In this document: positions 31,069 to 42,186 of the stretch, piece after piece
How positions within the stretch are numbered: position 1 is the first letter of the stretch
How the letters are laid out: every line of letters starts with the position of its first letter
Source: Gammaproteobacteria bacterium
GTDB lineage: Bacteria; Pseudomonadota; Gammaproteobacteria; GCA-002705445; GCA-002716945
DNA length: 64,000 bases
Direction: 5' to 3'
Assembly (NCBI GenBank): GCA_965660795.1
Contig: CBFIBF010000001.1
Location: forward strand, 30,932-94,931
Notes under the pieces: model-generated
What the model saw: only the letters and a program-made list of their open reading frames with translations
Database searches by the model: none
Told to the model about the DNA's origin: nothing
Position numbers and translations under genes: made by a program

Positions 31069-32246
31069 TATGTAGTATATTCAGAATTTATACTGACATA
31101 TTCATGAGATAAATCAGAAAAATATATACTTTGTTGGCTCTTACCGTTATGTAAATCTAATGTAATTTCAATATTTTTCTTCTTCATAGATTTAGTAAGC
31201 TTTTTAGAACCAGCATCTACAGGTACGCCATCCCTGAAGCATAAAATATTATTAATCAATAATTTATTTTTGTTTGGATTAATAAATTGAGAGTCTATGG
31301 ATCCTAAACTTGCTATAATTCTTCCCCAATTTGGATCTGCACCATACATAGCAGTCTTTACTAGAAGAGAGTTAGAAATTTTTCTACCTATATTGAGTGC
31401 AAGAAGTTGATTTTTAGCGTTTATGATATTTAATTTTATAATTTTTGTCGCACCTTCACCATCTTTTACTATCATATTAGAAAGATGTACAAAAAAATCA
31501 GATGCACAAGATATAAATTTATTTTCAATTAATTTATTTTTAAAATTTAATTCAATATTCCCGCACGATGAGAAAACAACTGTGTCATTTGTTGACATAT
31601 CTCCATCAACAGAAATTGAATTAAAAGATAAATCTGCACATTTTTTAAGATACTTCTTAAGAAGCGATTTAGATAAATGTACATCTGTCTCAATGAATGA
31701 AAGCATTGTAGCCATGTTTGGCTCAATCATTCCTGCCCCTTTACATATTCCTCTAAAAGTAACGCGTTTATTATTGATGATATAAGCTTTTGTTAAATAT
31801 TTTGGAAATTTATCCGTAGTCATGATTGCTTTTGAAGCATTTTTAATACTTACATATTTATTGAAATCACTATTCTGTATAGATTTAATTATATTCCTCA
31901 TAGGAAGCTGTCTACCAATGATTCCAGTTGACATAACTAGAATATCTTCTTTATTACACGCAAGTTTCTCAGATAAAAGAAGAAGGATTTTATTACAGTT
32001 TTCCAGGCCTTTTTTTCCAGTACAGGCATTTGCATTACCAGAGTTTATGAATATATATAAAGTGCGACCAGTTTTTATGTGTTTTCTTGAGAGCATTACA
32101 GGGGCTGCAGCAAATTTATTTTTTGTTGATATCATGGCGGTAGTAGAGTTAGAAGGAAGCTGAATTAATAACCCATCAACACTATTGTTTTTTATACCTA
32201 ATTTTAATGTTATAAATTTTGAAGTCATGATAATTTCCCACAACAT
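31068..32246 (-). CDS. argJ: Bifunctional glutamate N-acetyltransferase / ornithine acetyltransferase ArgJ
   Basis: 392 aa with the autoproteolysis site ATMLSF (Thr nucleophile). Confidence 0.9.
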   Translation of the reverse strand: MLWEIIMTSKFITLKLGIKNNSVDGLLIQLPSNSTTAMISTKNKFAAAPVMLSRKHIKTGRTLYIFINSGNANACTGKKGLENCNKILLLLSEKLACNKEDILVMSTGIIGRQLPMRNIIKSIQNSDFNKYVSIKNASKAIMTTDKFPKYLTKAYIINNKRVTFRGICKGAGMIEPNMATMLSFIETDVHLSKSLLKKYLKKCADLSFNSISVDGDMSTNDTVVFSSCGNIELNFKNKLIENKFISCASDFFVHLSNMIVKDGEGATKIIKLNIINAKNQLLALNIGRKISNSLLVKTAMYGADPNWGRIIASLGSIDSQFINPNKNKLLINNILCFRDGVPVDAGSKKLTKSMKKKNIEITLDLHNGKSQQSIYFSDLSHEYVSINSEYTT

Positions 32247-34807
32247 TGTTTAAATTTTAAATTTGTTACAGGACATCTTTTATTTCTAGGAATCTCACCT
32301 TGATTGTTATTTAAAAGACAGGCTGGATCATTTGATTTTTTTTCTAGCAATGCTGAACTTTCATTGACTTCTTGCTTATTGATATAGGTATCAATTTTTA
32401 TCCTACAACAAATCTTTAATATTTCTTTGGTAATATCTGTTAGCATTAAATTAAACATTTCAAATGACTCTTTTTTATATTCATTTTTTGGATTTTTTTG
32501 AGCATATCCTCTTAAACCTATTGACTGTCGTAAATAATCCATTGAGCTTAAATGATTCCTATATTCCTCATCTAAAACAGCTAGAGAGATATTTCTTATG
32601 AGATCATCACTCTCATGACTTTTTAAATTAGCAAGCAATCCTTTTACTTTATTCTCGAGGAGGTTGTTTAACTCACTATACAGTGATTCTTTATCTAGTT
32701 GATTATTAACAATCATATTATCTAAATTAATATCAATTAGAAAATCAGATTTAAGAGTTTCGCTAAGATTTGATAGTTTTTTATCATGTGACATGAAAAT
32801 GTCTAAATTAAAATCTATAAAATCTTGAGAATAGTTTGAACAGATACTGGATATCAATGTTGTGCTATTGTTATCAAGTATAAAATCTCTTTGTTGATAA
32901 ATTAATTTTCTCTGTTCATTAGAAATATCATCATATTCAAGTAATGTTTTACGAATATCAAAATTATGAGCTTCAACTCTTTTCTGAGCATTCTCAATAG
33001 ATTTTGATACCCATTTATGCTCTATCGCCTCACCTTGCTCCATTCCTAATTTCTTCATGATTTCTGATACTTTATCAGACGCGAATATTCTCATTAAATT
33101 ATCTTCTAGCGATAAAAAAAATCTTGATATTCCTGGATCTCCTTGTCTGCCGGATCTTCCACGAAGTTGGTTATCTATTCTTCTAGACTCATGTCTTTCT
33201 GTGCCAATGACATATAAACCTCCGAGACTTTTTACCTTTTGATTATTTTTTTCCCACTCAACTAAATCCTTATCATTTTTCTTACCGCCCAAGACGATAT
33301 CAGTTCCTCTTCCTGCCATGTTTGTAGCTATTGTAATAGAATTAAGTGCACCTGCATTTTCGATAATCTCAGCCTCTTTTTGATGATATTTAGCATTTAA
33401 TACAGAATGATTAATTCTTTTACTCTTCAATATTTTTGATATTGCCTCAGATGACTCAACAGATGTAGTGCCTACTAATATAGGCTGTTGAGTTTTATTA
33501 ATTTCTATAATCTCATTTAATATCCTTTCATATTTTTCTTTTTGGGTCAGAAAAACCAGGTCCACCATATCATTTCTTATCATTTTTTTATGTGGAGGAA
33601 TTTGTATTACTTCAAGATTATAAATTTGATGGAACTCTTCTGCTTCAGTATCTGCGGTTCCTGTCATTCCGCAAATTTTATCAAACATTCTGAAATAATT
33701 CTGAAACGTGATAGATGCATAGGTCTGATTTTCTTGTTTGATAGAGACATTTTCTTTTGCTTCAATCGATTGATGCAAACCCTCTGACCACCTTCTCCCT
33801 GGCATCTTTCTTCCAGTAAATTCATCTATAATGATTATCTCATTATTCTCTACAACATAATCTTTGTCTTTTTTATAAATAAGATGAGCTCTAAGGCTAG
33901 AATCAATGTGGCTAAATAACTGAATATTTTCTATATTATAAATATCTGATGAAGATTCAATTAATCTATTTTTAAGTAAAAGTTTCTCAACTTGTGATTG
34001 TCCCTCTTCTGTTAAAGATACAGATTTTTGTTTTTCTTCAAGTGTGTAATTATCACCATCAATTGATAAAAAGCTTTGTATTATTTTATTGATGACAGAA
34101 TAAATTTTATTTATCTTATTATTCGAACCAGAAATAATTAGTGGTGTTCTAGCTTCATCAATGAGAACAGAGTCTACTTCATCAATTATTGCATAACTTA
34201 GTCTGGGCTGACATTTATGTTTTTTATCTAAAGCCATGTTATCTCTTAAGTAATCAAAACCAAATTCATTATTGGTGCCATAAATTATATTGGATTTGTA
34301 AACTTCTTCTCTTTGGTTTGGGGGTACTGTACTGTTAATGTAACCAACAGATAGTCCTAAGAACTCATAAATTATTCCCATCCACTTAGAATCCCTCTCA
34401 GCCAAATAATCATTCACAGTTACAATATATACAGGGTCGCCACTGAGTGAATTTAGATATGCAGGTAGAGTGCTTACAAGGGTTTTTCCCTCGCCCGTCT
34501 TCATCTCACTTATATTACCTTTATGTAATGCAATTCCTCCAAGTAGCTGCTCATCAAAATGTCTCATTCCAAGAGTTCTTTTTGATGCTTCTCTTACTGC
34601 CGCAAATGCATCAACAAGAATATCATCCAAGTTTTTGTTGGTAACGTAGTTCTGCTTTAATAGAGATGTAACTAATTTTAATTCATCATCAGATTTCTTT
34701 GCATATATTTCTTCTAAAGCATTGATTTGTTTAACTGTAGATGCGTATTCCTTGAGAACTCTTGAGTTACGGCTACCAAAAACTTGTTTAATTATGTTAC
34801 TAATCAT
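32225..34807 (-). CDS. secA: Preprotein translocase ATPase SecA
   Basis: 860 aa with DEAD-like motor motifs and a C-terminal zinc-binding tail (CPVTNLKFKQCCGK). Confidence 0.97.
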   Translation of the reverse strand: MISNIIKQVFGSRNSRVLKEYASTVKQINALEEIYAKKSDDELKLVTSLLKQNYVTNKNLDDILVDAFAAVREASKRTLGMRHFDEQLLGGIALHKGNISEMKTGEGKTLVSTLPAYLNSLSGDPVYIVTVNDYLAERDSKWMGIIYEFLGLSVGYINSTVPPNQREEVYKSNIIYGTNNEFGFDYLRDNMALDKKHKCQPRLSYAIIDEVDSVLIDEARTPLIISGSNNKINKIYSVINKIIQSFLSIDGDNYTLEEKQKSVSLTEEGQSQVEKLLLKNRLIESSSDIYNIENIQLFSHIDSSLRAHLIYKKDKDYVVENNEIIIIDEFTGRKMPGRRWSEGLHQSIEAKENVSIKQENQTYASITFQNYFRMFDKICGMTGTADTEAEEFHQIYNLEVIQIPPHKKMIRNDMVDLVFLTQKEKYERILNEIIEINKTQQPILVGTTSVESSEAISKILKSKRINHSVLNAKYHQKEAEIIENAGALNSITIATNMAGRGTDIVLGGKKNDKDLVEWEKNNQKVKSLGGLYVIGTERHESRRIDNQLRGRSGRQGDPGISRFFLSLEDNLMRIFASDKVSEIMKKLGMEQGEAIEHKWVSKSIENAQKRVEAHNFDIRKTLLEYDDISNEQRKLIYQQRDFILDNNSTTLISSICSNYSQDFIDFNLDIFMSHDKKLSNLSETLKSDFLIDINLDNMIVNNQLDKESLYSELNNLLENKVKGLLANLKSHESDDLIRNISLAVLDEEYRNHLSSMDYLRQSIGLRGYAQKNPKNEYKKESFEMFNLMLTDITKEILKICCRIKIDTYINKQEVNESSALLEKKSNDPACLLNNNQGEIPRNKRCPVTNLKFKQCCGKLS

Positions 34808-34826
34808 ATTTTATAGATAAATAAAT

Positions 34827-35123
34827 ATGGTTTATCATACAATAAATGAGAACTTTATGAAAAAAATATCGGATTTCATACCAAAGAAAGTAATTGATAA
34901 AAAAGAGAATATAGAAAGTTTAAATCTAATTCTTAATGATTCAATCGAAACCAACTTAAAGAATAAAATACGTGTGATCAACTACAGCGAAACATGCATA
35001 ACAATAGAGTGTGATGATACCTCAATTGCCAGTATCATGCGATTTGAAAAGGACAAATACTTGGATATATTTAACGAGAATGATTTAAGTAATATTAAAG
35101 AACTTAAAGTAAGAGTCAGATAG
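34827..35123 (+). CDS. DUF721 / DciA-like small protein
   Basis: 98 aa with an [31 protein letters not shown] pattern resembling DUF721. It lies between lpxC and secA on the opposite strand, which is where Pseudomonas-type genomes carry a DUF721 gene. Confidence 0.45.
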   Translation: MVYHTINENFMKKISDFIPKKVIDKKENIESLNLILNDSIETNLKNKIRVINYSETCITIECDDTSIASIMRFEKDKYLDIFNENDLSNIKELKVRVR

Positions 35124-36024
35124 ACTCAGTCGTATGAGCAAATAATATTGGTGATTTTACTTCATCCTCTATTATCACTTCTTCCCATGCATTTTGATTA
35201 TTCACAAGTTCTCTAAGTAAAAGATTGTTCAAGTGATGGCCTGATTTAAAAGCTGAGAAAGAACCAATAATACTATGACCAAGAAGGTATAAATCACCAA
35301 TAGCATCAAGTATTTTGTGCTTAACAAATTCGTCCTTATATCTTAAGCCATCTTCATTGACGATTTTATAATCATCTATAACAATTGCATTATTAACGCT
35401 TCCGCCTAGCGCTAGATTATTTTTTCTTAACTTTTCAATATCCTTTGCAAAACCAAAAGTTCTTGCTCTACTAACTTGGCTAAGGTAAGAAACAGAAGAG
35501 AAATCAATAGTAGATGTTTGTGTATCTTTAGGAAATAAAGGGTGATTAAAATCAATGGTAAATTCTACTTTGAACCCATCAAATGGCTCAATTTTTGCCC
35601 ATTTATCAGCTTGCTTTACCTCAATGTCTTTTATAATTTTAATGAACTTCTTCGGATGATTTTGCTCACAAATGCCAGCAGATTGACATAAGAAAACAAA
35701 AGGTCTTGAGCTTCCATCCATGATAGGAACTTCGGGTCCATCTAGTTCAACACGTGCGTTATCAATACCTAAGCCTGCAAATGCTGATAATAAATGTTCG
35801 ACAGTAGAGACAGATTCTTCACCATTTGAAATAGTTGTCGACAATCTAGTGTCATATACGTTTTTCAAAGATGCAGATATTGGTGTGTTTGATAAATCCT
35901 TTCTAATAAAAACAATACCCTCGTCGGATTTCCCAGGACATATTTTTAAGTTTATTTTTTTACCAGTGTGAAGACCAACGCCTGTTGCAGTAATAGTGCT
36001 GGATAAAGTCCTTTGTTTTAACAT
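35116..36024 (-). CDS. lpxC: UDP-3-O-acyl-N-acetylglucosamine deacetylase
   Basis: 302 aa with N-terminal [17 protein letters not shown] and the HTTE C-terminal motif. Confidence 0.95.
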   Translation of the reverse strand: MLKQRTLSSTITATGVGLHTGKKINLKICPGKSDEGIVFIRKDLSNTPISASLKNVYDTRLSTTISNGEESVSTVEHLLSAFAGLGIDNARVELDGPEVPIMDGSSRPFVFLCQSAGICEQNHPKKFIKIIKDIEVKQADKWAKIEPFDGFKVEFTIDFNHPLFPKDTQTSTIDFSSVSYLSQVSRARTFGFAKDIEKLRKNNLALGGSVNNAIVIDDYKIVNEDGLRYKDEFVKHKILDAIGDLYLLGHSIIGSFSAFKSGHHLNNLLLRELVNNQNAWEEVIIEDEVKSPILFAHTTESI

Positions 36025-36088
36025 AAGATGATTCTACCAAAGTGTTATAATTGTTACAAATATATTAATATTAGACAATAAACAGGAA

Positions 36089-37333
36089 TCAAAGTTCCTT
36101 TTGAAAATAATCAGAGATTTTCTTTGCGTATTTATCAAGTATAGAGCCAAATTTTGACATATTTTTAGAGGAAGTTTTGTTTAATGTAAGCTCTTTATAT
36201 CTGTGCAATAGGAGTCCTACAGCGGTCGCATATCTTGTTTTACCTCTTAAGTCTTCGAGTCCTTTAATATGTCTAGGTGATCCAATTCTTGATGGTTTTT
36301 GGAAAAATGATTCAGCGAAAACATCTAACCCCTCAAGTTTAGATCCTCCACCTGTGAAAACTAACCCTGCTCTTATACTATTTGAATAACCGCTATTATT
36401 AATCTCTCTTTGTATCGCATCTAGGATTTCATTAGCCCTAGCAGTTATTATTTGAGATAGTATTGTTTTTGTAGTTTCAGTATCAGGTTTATCTGAGACT
36501 GATGGAACCGGTATTTTTATGTCTGTATCAACATTAGGGGCAACAGAACCAAACTGAATTTTCATCTCTTCAGCAGCCTCTAAAGATGTACTAAGAATAA
36601 TTCTAATATCTTTTGTTATCATCTGACCAGCAATAGGAATTACAGCAGAATGTTTTATGGTTCCATCAGTAAAAATTGCAATATCAGTTGTCCCACATCC
36701 AATATCAACAAGGCAAACACCTAAGTCACGCTCTTCATCAGACAATACTGCTTCAGATGAAGCCACAGGCTGAAGAACATAATCATTAATTTCTAAAAGA
36801 CTATTGTTAATACATTTAGTCAAATTTTTTTTAGCAGTAGATGATGTTGTTATTATGTGGACATTCGCCTCAAGTCTTGATCCAGCCATCCCTAATGGCT
36901 CTCTGATACCTGGTTGTCCATCAATTGTGAAGTGCTGTTCAATTGCATGCAGAATTTCTTGATCATTTGGTATTTGAATATTTTGCGCATTTATTAGAAC
37001 TTTTTGTTTGTCCTCTTGAGTTACCTCATCATTAAGTATGTTAACAGCGCCATTTCCATTGTAACTTTGAATATGGTTACCAGCAATTCCAGTGGTAACA
37101 GACTGAATATTACAATTAGACATTAAACTGGCTTTATCTTTAGCTCTTCTGATACTTGATACAGTAGTGTCAATATCTGAAATTATGCCTTTGTTTAAGC
37201 CTGAGCATGGTTCGCTACCTATACCTACTATCCTTAGCTCTCCTTTTTCATCTATATCAGCTACTAAACATAAAACTTTAGAGGTTCCAATGTCCAATGA
37301 AACAAGAGTATCAGTGCTTTTAACGTTTGCCAT
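36089..37333 (-). CDS. ftsA: Cell division protein FtsA
   Basis: 414 aa actin-like ATPase (LVSLDIGTSKV) with a C-terminal amphipathic membrane-targeting helix. Confidence 0.95.
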   Translation of the reverse strand: MANVKSTDTLVSLDIGTSKVLCLVADIDEKGELRIVGIGSEPCSGLNKGIISDIDTTVSSIRRAKDKASLMSNCNIQSVTTGIAGNHIQSYNGNGAVNILNDEVTQEDKQKVLINAQNIQIPNDQEILHAIEQHFTIDGQPGIREPLGMAGSRLEANVHIITTSSTAKKNLTKCINNSLLEINDYVLQPVASSEAVLSDEERDLGVCLVDIGCGTTDIAIFTDGTIKHSAVIPIAGQMITKDIRIILSTSLEAAEEMKIQFGSVAPNVDTDIKIPVPSVSDKPDTETTKTILSQIITARANEILDAIQREINNSGYSNSIRAGLVFTGGGSKLEGLDVFAESFFQKPSRIGSPRHIKGLEDLRGKTRYATAVGLLLHRYKELTLNKTSSKNMSKFGSILDKYAKKISDYFQKEL

Positions 37334-37361
37334 GTAACAATATTATATCTCATTTAAGTAA

Positions 37362-38012
37362 TTATTTGATAGCAAAACCATTAGAATATCTCATATCAAT
37401 TGACTTAATTTCTTGCTTAAAAACAAGCTTAAGTTTATCGAATGAAATTATCAATCTGTCTAAGTTTCGATTCAGATTTTCTCTATCTGATATTATAAGT
37501 AATGAATCTGTATAGATTTTTATCAAAGAGTTATGTATTTCAATTTTTGTTAAGCTAAGTTTAATTTTATCTAAATATGATTTACATGAGTCAAAAATAG
37601 CTCTAGATAGATAACTATCGTTAGTGCTGTCTGTGATAATTGGAAGTTCTATATTAGATAAATTATCTTCAATAACAGTCCCATCAAGTGTCAAAATTTT
37701 AGAGTTGTATACTGCCAGAGGTTTATGCTGTGTAATAGTGATTAATAGTTTCGATGGAAATGATTTTTTGATTTCAACATCTTTAATCCAAGCATCAGAT
37801 ATAATGGACTTTCTTAATTCATTAATATCTACAGATAATAAATTTTCACCTTGAAGAGTTGAAATAATAGCATTAATCTTTTCATAATCATAATTCGATT
37901 CTTGCGCTATTACATCGATTTCATCAATTGGATATATGAAATTATTTTTACCATAAAAAAATAAGATAGGTATTGATATTAATATTAATAAAGTAAATAA
38001 AAGCTTAGGCAT
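37362..38012 (-). CDS. ftsQ: Cell division protein FtsQ
   Basis: 216 aa with an N-terminal transmembrane helix and a POTRA-like domain, sitting between ddl and ftsA. Confidence 0.8.
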   Translation of the reverse strand: MPKLLFTLLILISIPILFFYGKNNFIYPIDEIDVIAQESNYDYEKINAIISTLQGENLLSVDINELRKSIISDAWIKDVEIKKSFPSKLLITITQHKPLAVYNSKILTLDGTVIEDNLSNIELPIITDSTNDSYLSRAIFDSCKSYLDKIKLSLTKIEIHNSLIKIYTDSLLIISDRENLNRNLDRLIISFDKLKLVFKQEIKSIDMRYSNGFAIK

Positions 38013-38910
38013 TGATACCTAATATTTCTATAATTAACTGATAATAGCTTAAGCCGCTCTCTTTGGCAGCCTTAGGTACAAGACTGTGATCAGTCATTCC
38101 AGGAATAGTATTAATTTCAAGTAGAACAGGTTTGTTATTGTCAACGAAAAAGTCTACTCGGGCCCAAGTATGGCAACCTAAACAATTAAATGCTTTCAAA
38201 ACAGAATCATGTATATCTCTAATTACATTTTTATTAAGATTAGGAAATGAAAATCTAGTTTTATCTGATTTATATTTTGCATCAAAGTCATAAAAGTTAT
38301 TAGATGGTTCAATTTCAATTATTGGTAAAACTTTATTATTAATAATTGCAGCTGTGTATTCTTGAGCATGGATTTTTTTCTCTATCATGAACTGTCTATT
38401 ACTACTATTACTTGAAAATTTATTAAAATCTTCAATATTTTGAATTAAAAAAATATTATTACTCGATCCTGAACAAGTATCTTTTATAAAAAAGGATGGA
38501 CCAAACTTTTCAATTAAATATTCATAACTCTGTTTGTCATAGATTAAAAAATCAGGTGTTAGCAGATTATTTTTAAGCCAGATGCTTTTTGTAAGATATT
38601 TATTGAATGATATTGCTGAAGATTTAGAGTCAGAGCCACAATACTTTATGTTTAATTTATCAAGATAACTTTGAACTTTTCCATCCTCACCGCCTTCGCC
38701 ATGCATGAGGTTAAATACAATATCAATAGATTGATTTTTTAAAAACATTTTTAAATCATCAAAACTGTCATTTACCATGTCATAGAGGATAACATTATGA
38801 TTATTGGTCTTTAGGGATTGGAATACATCATTGGAACTTTTAAGTGATATTTCTCTCTCATTAGACCAGCCTCCACCAAGAATACATATCTTAGAATCAA
38901 GGTTTATCAT
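38005..38910 (-). CDS. ddl: D-alanine--D-alanine ligase
   Basis: 301 aa ATP-grasp enzyme with Ddl motifs (LEINTIPGMT). Confidence 0.9.
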   Translation of the reverse strand: MINLDSKICILGGGWSNEREISLKSSNDVFQSLKTNNHNVILYDMVNDSFDDLKMFLKNQSIDIVFNLMHGEGGEDGKVQSYLDKLNIKYCGSDSKSSAISFNKYLTKSIWLKNNLLTPDFLIYDKQSYEYLIEKFGPSFFIKDTCSGSSNNIFLIQNIEDFNKFSSNSSNRQFMIEKKIHAQEYTAAIINNKVLPIIEIEPSNNFYDFDAKYKSDKTRFSFPNLNKNVIRDIHDSVLKAFNCLGCHTWARVDFFVDNNKPVLLEINTIPGMTDHSLVPKAAKESGLSYYQLIIEILGINA

Positions 38911-39743
38911 TTTATTAAAATCACCTCTTCTTTTAAATTAACATTATGTGTTAAGGAAACTATGTGTTTTACATAATCAAGAAGGTTTAGAAAATCCCAA
39001 TGAGTGCCTGTGCCGTCATTGATAAAATAATTTGAATGTTTCTTTGAGACATATATTCCACCTATCCTTTTACCTTTCAAGTTGGCAGATTCAATCAGTT
39101 CAGATGCGAAATCATGAGTAGGATTTTTAAAAATACATCCACATGATAATTGATTTACAGGCTGAGTAGCTTTTCTTTTGTAATCAAGATTATTAATCAT
39201 AGAGCTATCGAATTTAATTTTGGGATTATGTAACTTGATAGAAATAATAACCGCTTTGGGATCAATGCCTGAGTTCCTGTATGTATATTGAATATCTTTT
39301 TTAAATAGTGTTTGCAATCTTCCGTCTTTATCTAATAAATCAATACTATGAATATTATTTAATATTTCTTTTTCAAAAGCACCTGCATTCATAAAAACTG
39401 CTCCTCCTAAGGTTCCGGGAATACCATAGAGAAATTCATAACCTGATATTTGATGATTATATAAATATCTCGCTAGTTTAGTACAAGATATATTACTAGA
39501 ACATGAAATATACTCTTCATCATGAGAAAGATACTTGCTCATTTTTTTTAAACTCAAAATGATACCGTCATAATAATCTGTCACAAAACATACATTAGAC
39601 CCATTACCAATGCTTAGAACACTGTTATTATGAAGTATATTAGTCAGCTCTTCAGTATTCTCAGGACAACAGAATTCACGACAAGTACCCCCAAGACCTA
39701 TGGTGCTTATCTTTTTTAAAGGATAATTTTTATATGTCTGCAT
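38907..39743 (-). CDS. murB: UDP-N-acetylenolpyruvoylglucosamine reductase
   Basis: 278 aa with an FAD-binding domain and MurB C-terminal motifs (SCGCIFKNP). Confidence 0.88.
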   Translation of the reverse strand: MQTYKNYPLKKISTIGLGGTCREFCCPENTEELTNILHNNSVLSIGNGSNVCFVTDYYDGIILSLKKMSKYLSHDEEYISCSSNISCTKLARYLYNHQISGYEFLYGIPGTLGGAVFMNAGAFEKEILNNIHSIDLLDKDGRLQTLFKKDIQYTYRNSGIDPKAVIISIKLHNPKIKFDSSMINNLDYKRKATQPVNQLSCGCIFKNPTHDFASELIESANLKGKRIGGIYVSKKHSNYFINDGTGTHWDFLNLLDYVKHIVSLTHNVNLKEEVILIK

Positions 39744-41121
39744 TTGCTTTTATTAAATAAAGAATTTCTCTTATATCACCTGCTCCCTGAAGTACAACAA
39801 CACAATTTTCAAGATTTAATTTTTTTAACTCAGGAATTATGTTTTTTATAGATTTAACATAAACCTTATTTCTATTTCTGATTTTCTTAAACAAATATTC
39901 TGAATCATATGAGTTATTCTTTTCTCCTGCTGAATACGTTGGTAACAATAGCACTACATCTAATGATGACAATATTTCTGAGAATAACTTCCAGTGAAGT
40001 TTTGTTCTAGAGTATCTATGAGGTTGAAACACCATAACTATTTTTCTTTTAGGATATATTTCCTTAATTGTTTTAATTGTTGACTGAATTTCAGTTGGAT
40101 GATGTCCATAATCATCTATTATCGTAGGTTTAGAGTTTTTAATATTTAAATTATCATAAATATCGAATCTTCTGCTAGCTCCATAAAATGTCTTGAGGGA
40201 TTTCAGAGCTTTACGTGTATCTATACCTAGATGTATAGCTACTGAAACTGCAGCAAGAATATTATAAATGTTGTGCTTACCAAAAAGATTGGTTTGAACT
40301 GGGTAAACATGATTATCATAATGAACATCAAACATCATATATGTATTTGTGTACATAATTGACTTAGCTCTCAAGTCATTATTTTTAGTAAATCCATAAC
40401 TAAATATCTCTCTGTTTATATGTTTGAATAATTTGTTTGAGTTTTTATCATCACCATTCAAGAATACTTTTCCATAAAAAGGAATAGAGTTTATGTGTTT
40501 TAGAACAGATCTCTCCAGGTTTGTATAATTATTGTTATAGTTTTCTAAATGTTCTTTATCTAAATTAGTTAGCACAACAAGATGAGGTTGTAGTAATGAA
40601 AAAGTTGGATCACTTTCATCGGTCTCTGTCACTAGATAATGACTTTTCCCCAGATTAACATGAGGGTCATCTGTTTTAAGTTTACCTCCAATTAGATATG
40701 TTGGATCAAGATTATTTGAATACATAATATGACTTAACAAGCTTGTTGTAGTTGTTTTGCCATGAGAGCCAGTAATGGATATTCCATACTTTAATCTCAT
40801 TAGTTCAGCAAGTATCTCCATTCTAGCTAGAACAGTCAGGCCGGACTTAATAGAGTACTTTAGCTCGACATTGTTCTTACTAATTGCATTCGAATGTACA
40901 ACAATGTCATTAGTTTTAATATTTTTTGGATCATGCCCGATAAATATTTTGATTTTTCTCTCACGTAATCTAGTAATTGCAGTATTGATTTTAATATCGG
41001 AGCCTCTGACAGAAAAACCCATATTATGAAGTAACTCAGCAATACCCATCATACCTGCGCCTCCAATACCAATCAGAAAAAATGATTTATTTTTAAGATG
41101 TTGCGTTATTGAGTTTTTCAT
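39730..41121 (-). CDS. murC: UDP-N-acetylmuramate--L-alanine ligase
   Basis: 463 aa Mur ligase with an N-terminal GIGGAGMMGIAELL and the Mur ligase middle and C-terminal domains. Confidence 0.92.
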   Translation of the reverse strand: MKNSITQHLKNKSFFLIGIGGAGMMGIAELLHNMGFSVRGSDIKINTAITRLRERKIKIFIGHDPKNIKTNDIVVHSNAISKNNVELKYSIKSGLTVLARMEILAELMRLKYGISITGSHGKTTTTSLLSHIMYSNNLDPTYLIGGKLKTDDPHVNLGKSHYLVTETDESDPTFSLLQPHLVVLTNLDKEHLENYNNNYTNLERSVLKHINSIPFYGKVFLNGDDKNSNKLFKHINREIFSYGFTKNNDLRAKSIMYTNTYMMFDVHYDNHVYPVQTNLFGKHNIYNILAAVSVAIHLGIDTRKALKSLKTFYGASRRFDIYDNLNIKNSKPTIIDDYGHHPTEIQSTIKTIKEIYPKRKIVMVFQPHRYSRTKLHWKLFSEILSSLDVVLLLPTYSAGEKNNSYDSEYLFKKIRNRNKVYVKSIKNIIPELKKLNLENCVVVLQGAGDIREILYLIKANADI

Positions 41122-42184
41122 CTAGTTCAGGAATATTTTTTATGATTATATCACCTGAATCATTAGGAAAAAGATTTTTGGCATTTATTGCGATTTTTAA
41201 TAGATTCTTCTGGTTAGAGTATAGATGCTTTAGTGAGGATTTAAGGTTTTTCGAAAAATTTTTATTTTCTTCAATAAGGATAGCTGCACTCTTCTCAACT
41301 AAGTATTTGGCATTATGATATTGATGGTTATCTGTTGCATACAAAAAAGGGACAAGAATAGATGCTCTTCCAGAGTGTGATATCTCAGTTACAGTCATTG
41401 ATCCAGACCTAGATATCACAATATCTGCCCAATTGTACATCTCATCCATCTGATTTGAAAACTCAATAACCTCCGCCGATAGATTATTTTTTTTGTATCT
41501 ATTCTTAACTATTTCCAAGTTATTAGCACCTGATATATGCTTTACAGAAAACAAATCTTTATCATCAGATAAGCAGAATGGAATTACTTCATTAAAAAAT
41601 TTAGATCCTTGACTGCCACCAAAAATGAGTATATTAATCTTATTTTTTTTCATCGCATACTTAAGCTCAGGTTTTTCGATATTATCAAAACTGCTTTTAA
41701 TAGGATTTCCTGAGAGAATTATTTTGTTACTTGATGGAAACGTTTTAGGGAAGGTTTGAAATGTATTTCTGGATATTTTGTTATTTAGTTTATTTGCGGT
41801 GCCTGCTATTGAATTTGATTCATGAACATAAACTGGTACTCTCATCACAAAACCAGCAAAAGATACTGGCACACTAATATAGCCACCAAATCCAAGAATA
41901 AAAAGAGGCTTCTCCTTGTGAAGGATGACTAGGCTTTGAAAAAATGATTGAACAAGATTAAATAAACCTCTCATAGTATCAATGATGTTTTTACCTCTTA
42001 TGCCTGATGACTTAATATGCTTTATAGTTATATCTTTTCTTTTTACTATCTTATTTTCAATTCCATTCTTAGTGCCAATCCATATAATTTGCAGCTTATG
42101 ATTCAATAATTTTTCTGATACGTTAATTGCAGGAACCACATGTCCACCTGTACCACTAGCAACAATTAATATACTTTTTTTCAT
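41093..42184 (-). CDS. murG: UDP-N-acetylglucosamine--N-acetylmuramyl-(pentapeptide) pyrophosphoryl-undecaprenol GlcNAc transferase
   Basis: 363 aa GT28 glycosyltransferase with an N-terminal GGTGGHVVPA. Confidence 0.92.
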   Translation of the reverse strand: MKKSILIVASGTGGHVVPAINVSEKLLNHKLQIIWIGTKNGIENKIVKRKDITIKHIKSSGIRGKNIIDTMRGLFNLVQSFFQSLVILHKEKPLFILGFGGYISVPVSFAGFVMRVPVYVHESNSIAGTANKLNNKISRNTFQTFPKTFPSSNKIILSGNPIKSSFDNIEKPELKYAMKKNKINILIFGGSQGSKFFNEVIPFCLSDDKDLFSVKHISGANNLEIVKNRYKKNNLSAEVIEFSNQMDEMYNWADIVISRSGSMTVTEISHSGRASILVPFLYATDNHQYHNAKYLVEKSAAILIEENKNFSKNLKSSLKHLYSNQKNLLKIAINAKNLFPNDSGDIIIKNIPELDEKLNNATS

Positions 42185-42186
42185 TT

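Noticed and set aside
37327-37515. A 62-aa plus-strand ORF spanning the ftsQ/ftsA junction.
   Set aside because: It is antisense to two well-supported division genes, with a low-complexity Ser/Leu/Ile translation.
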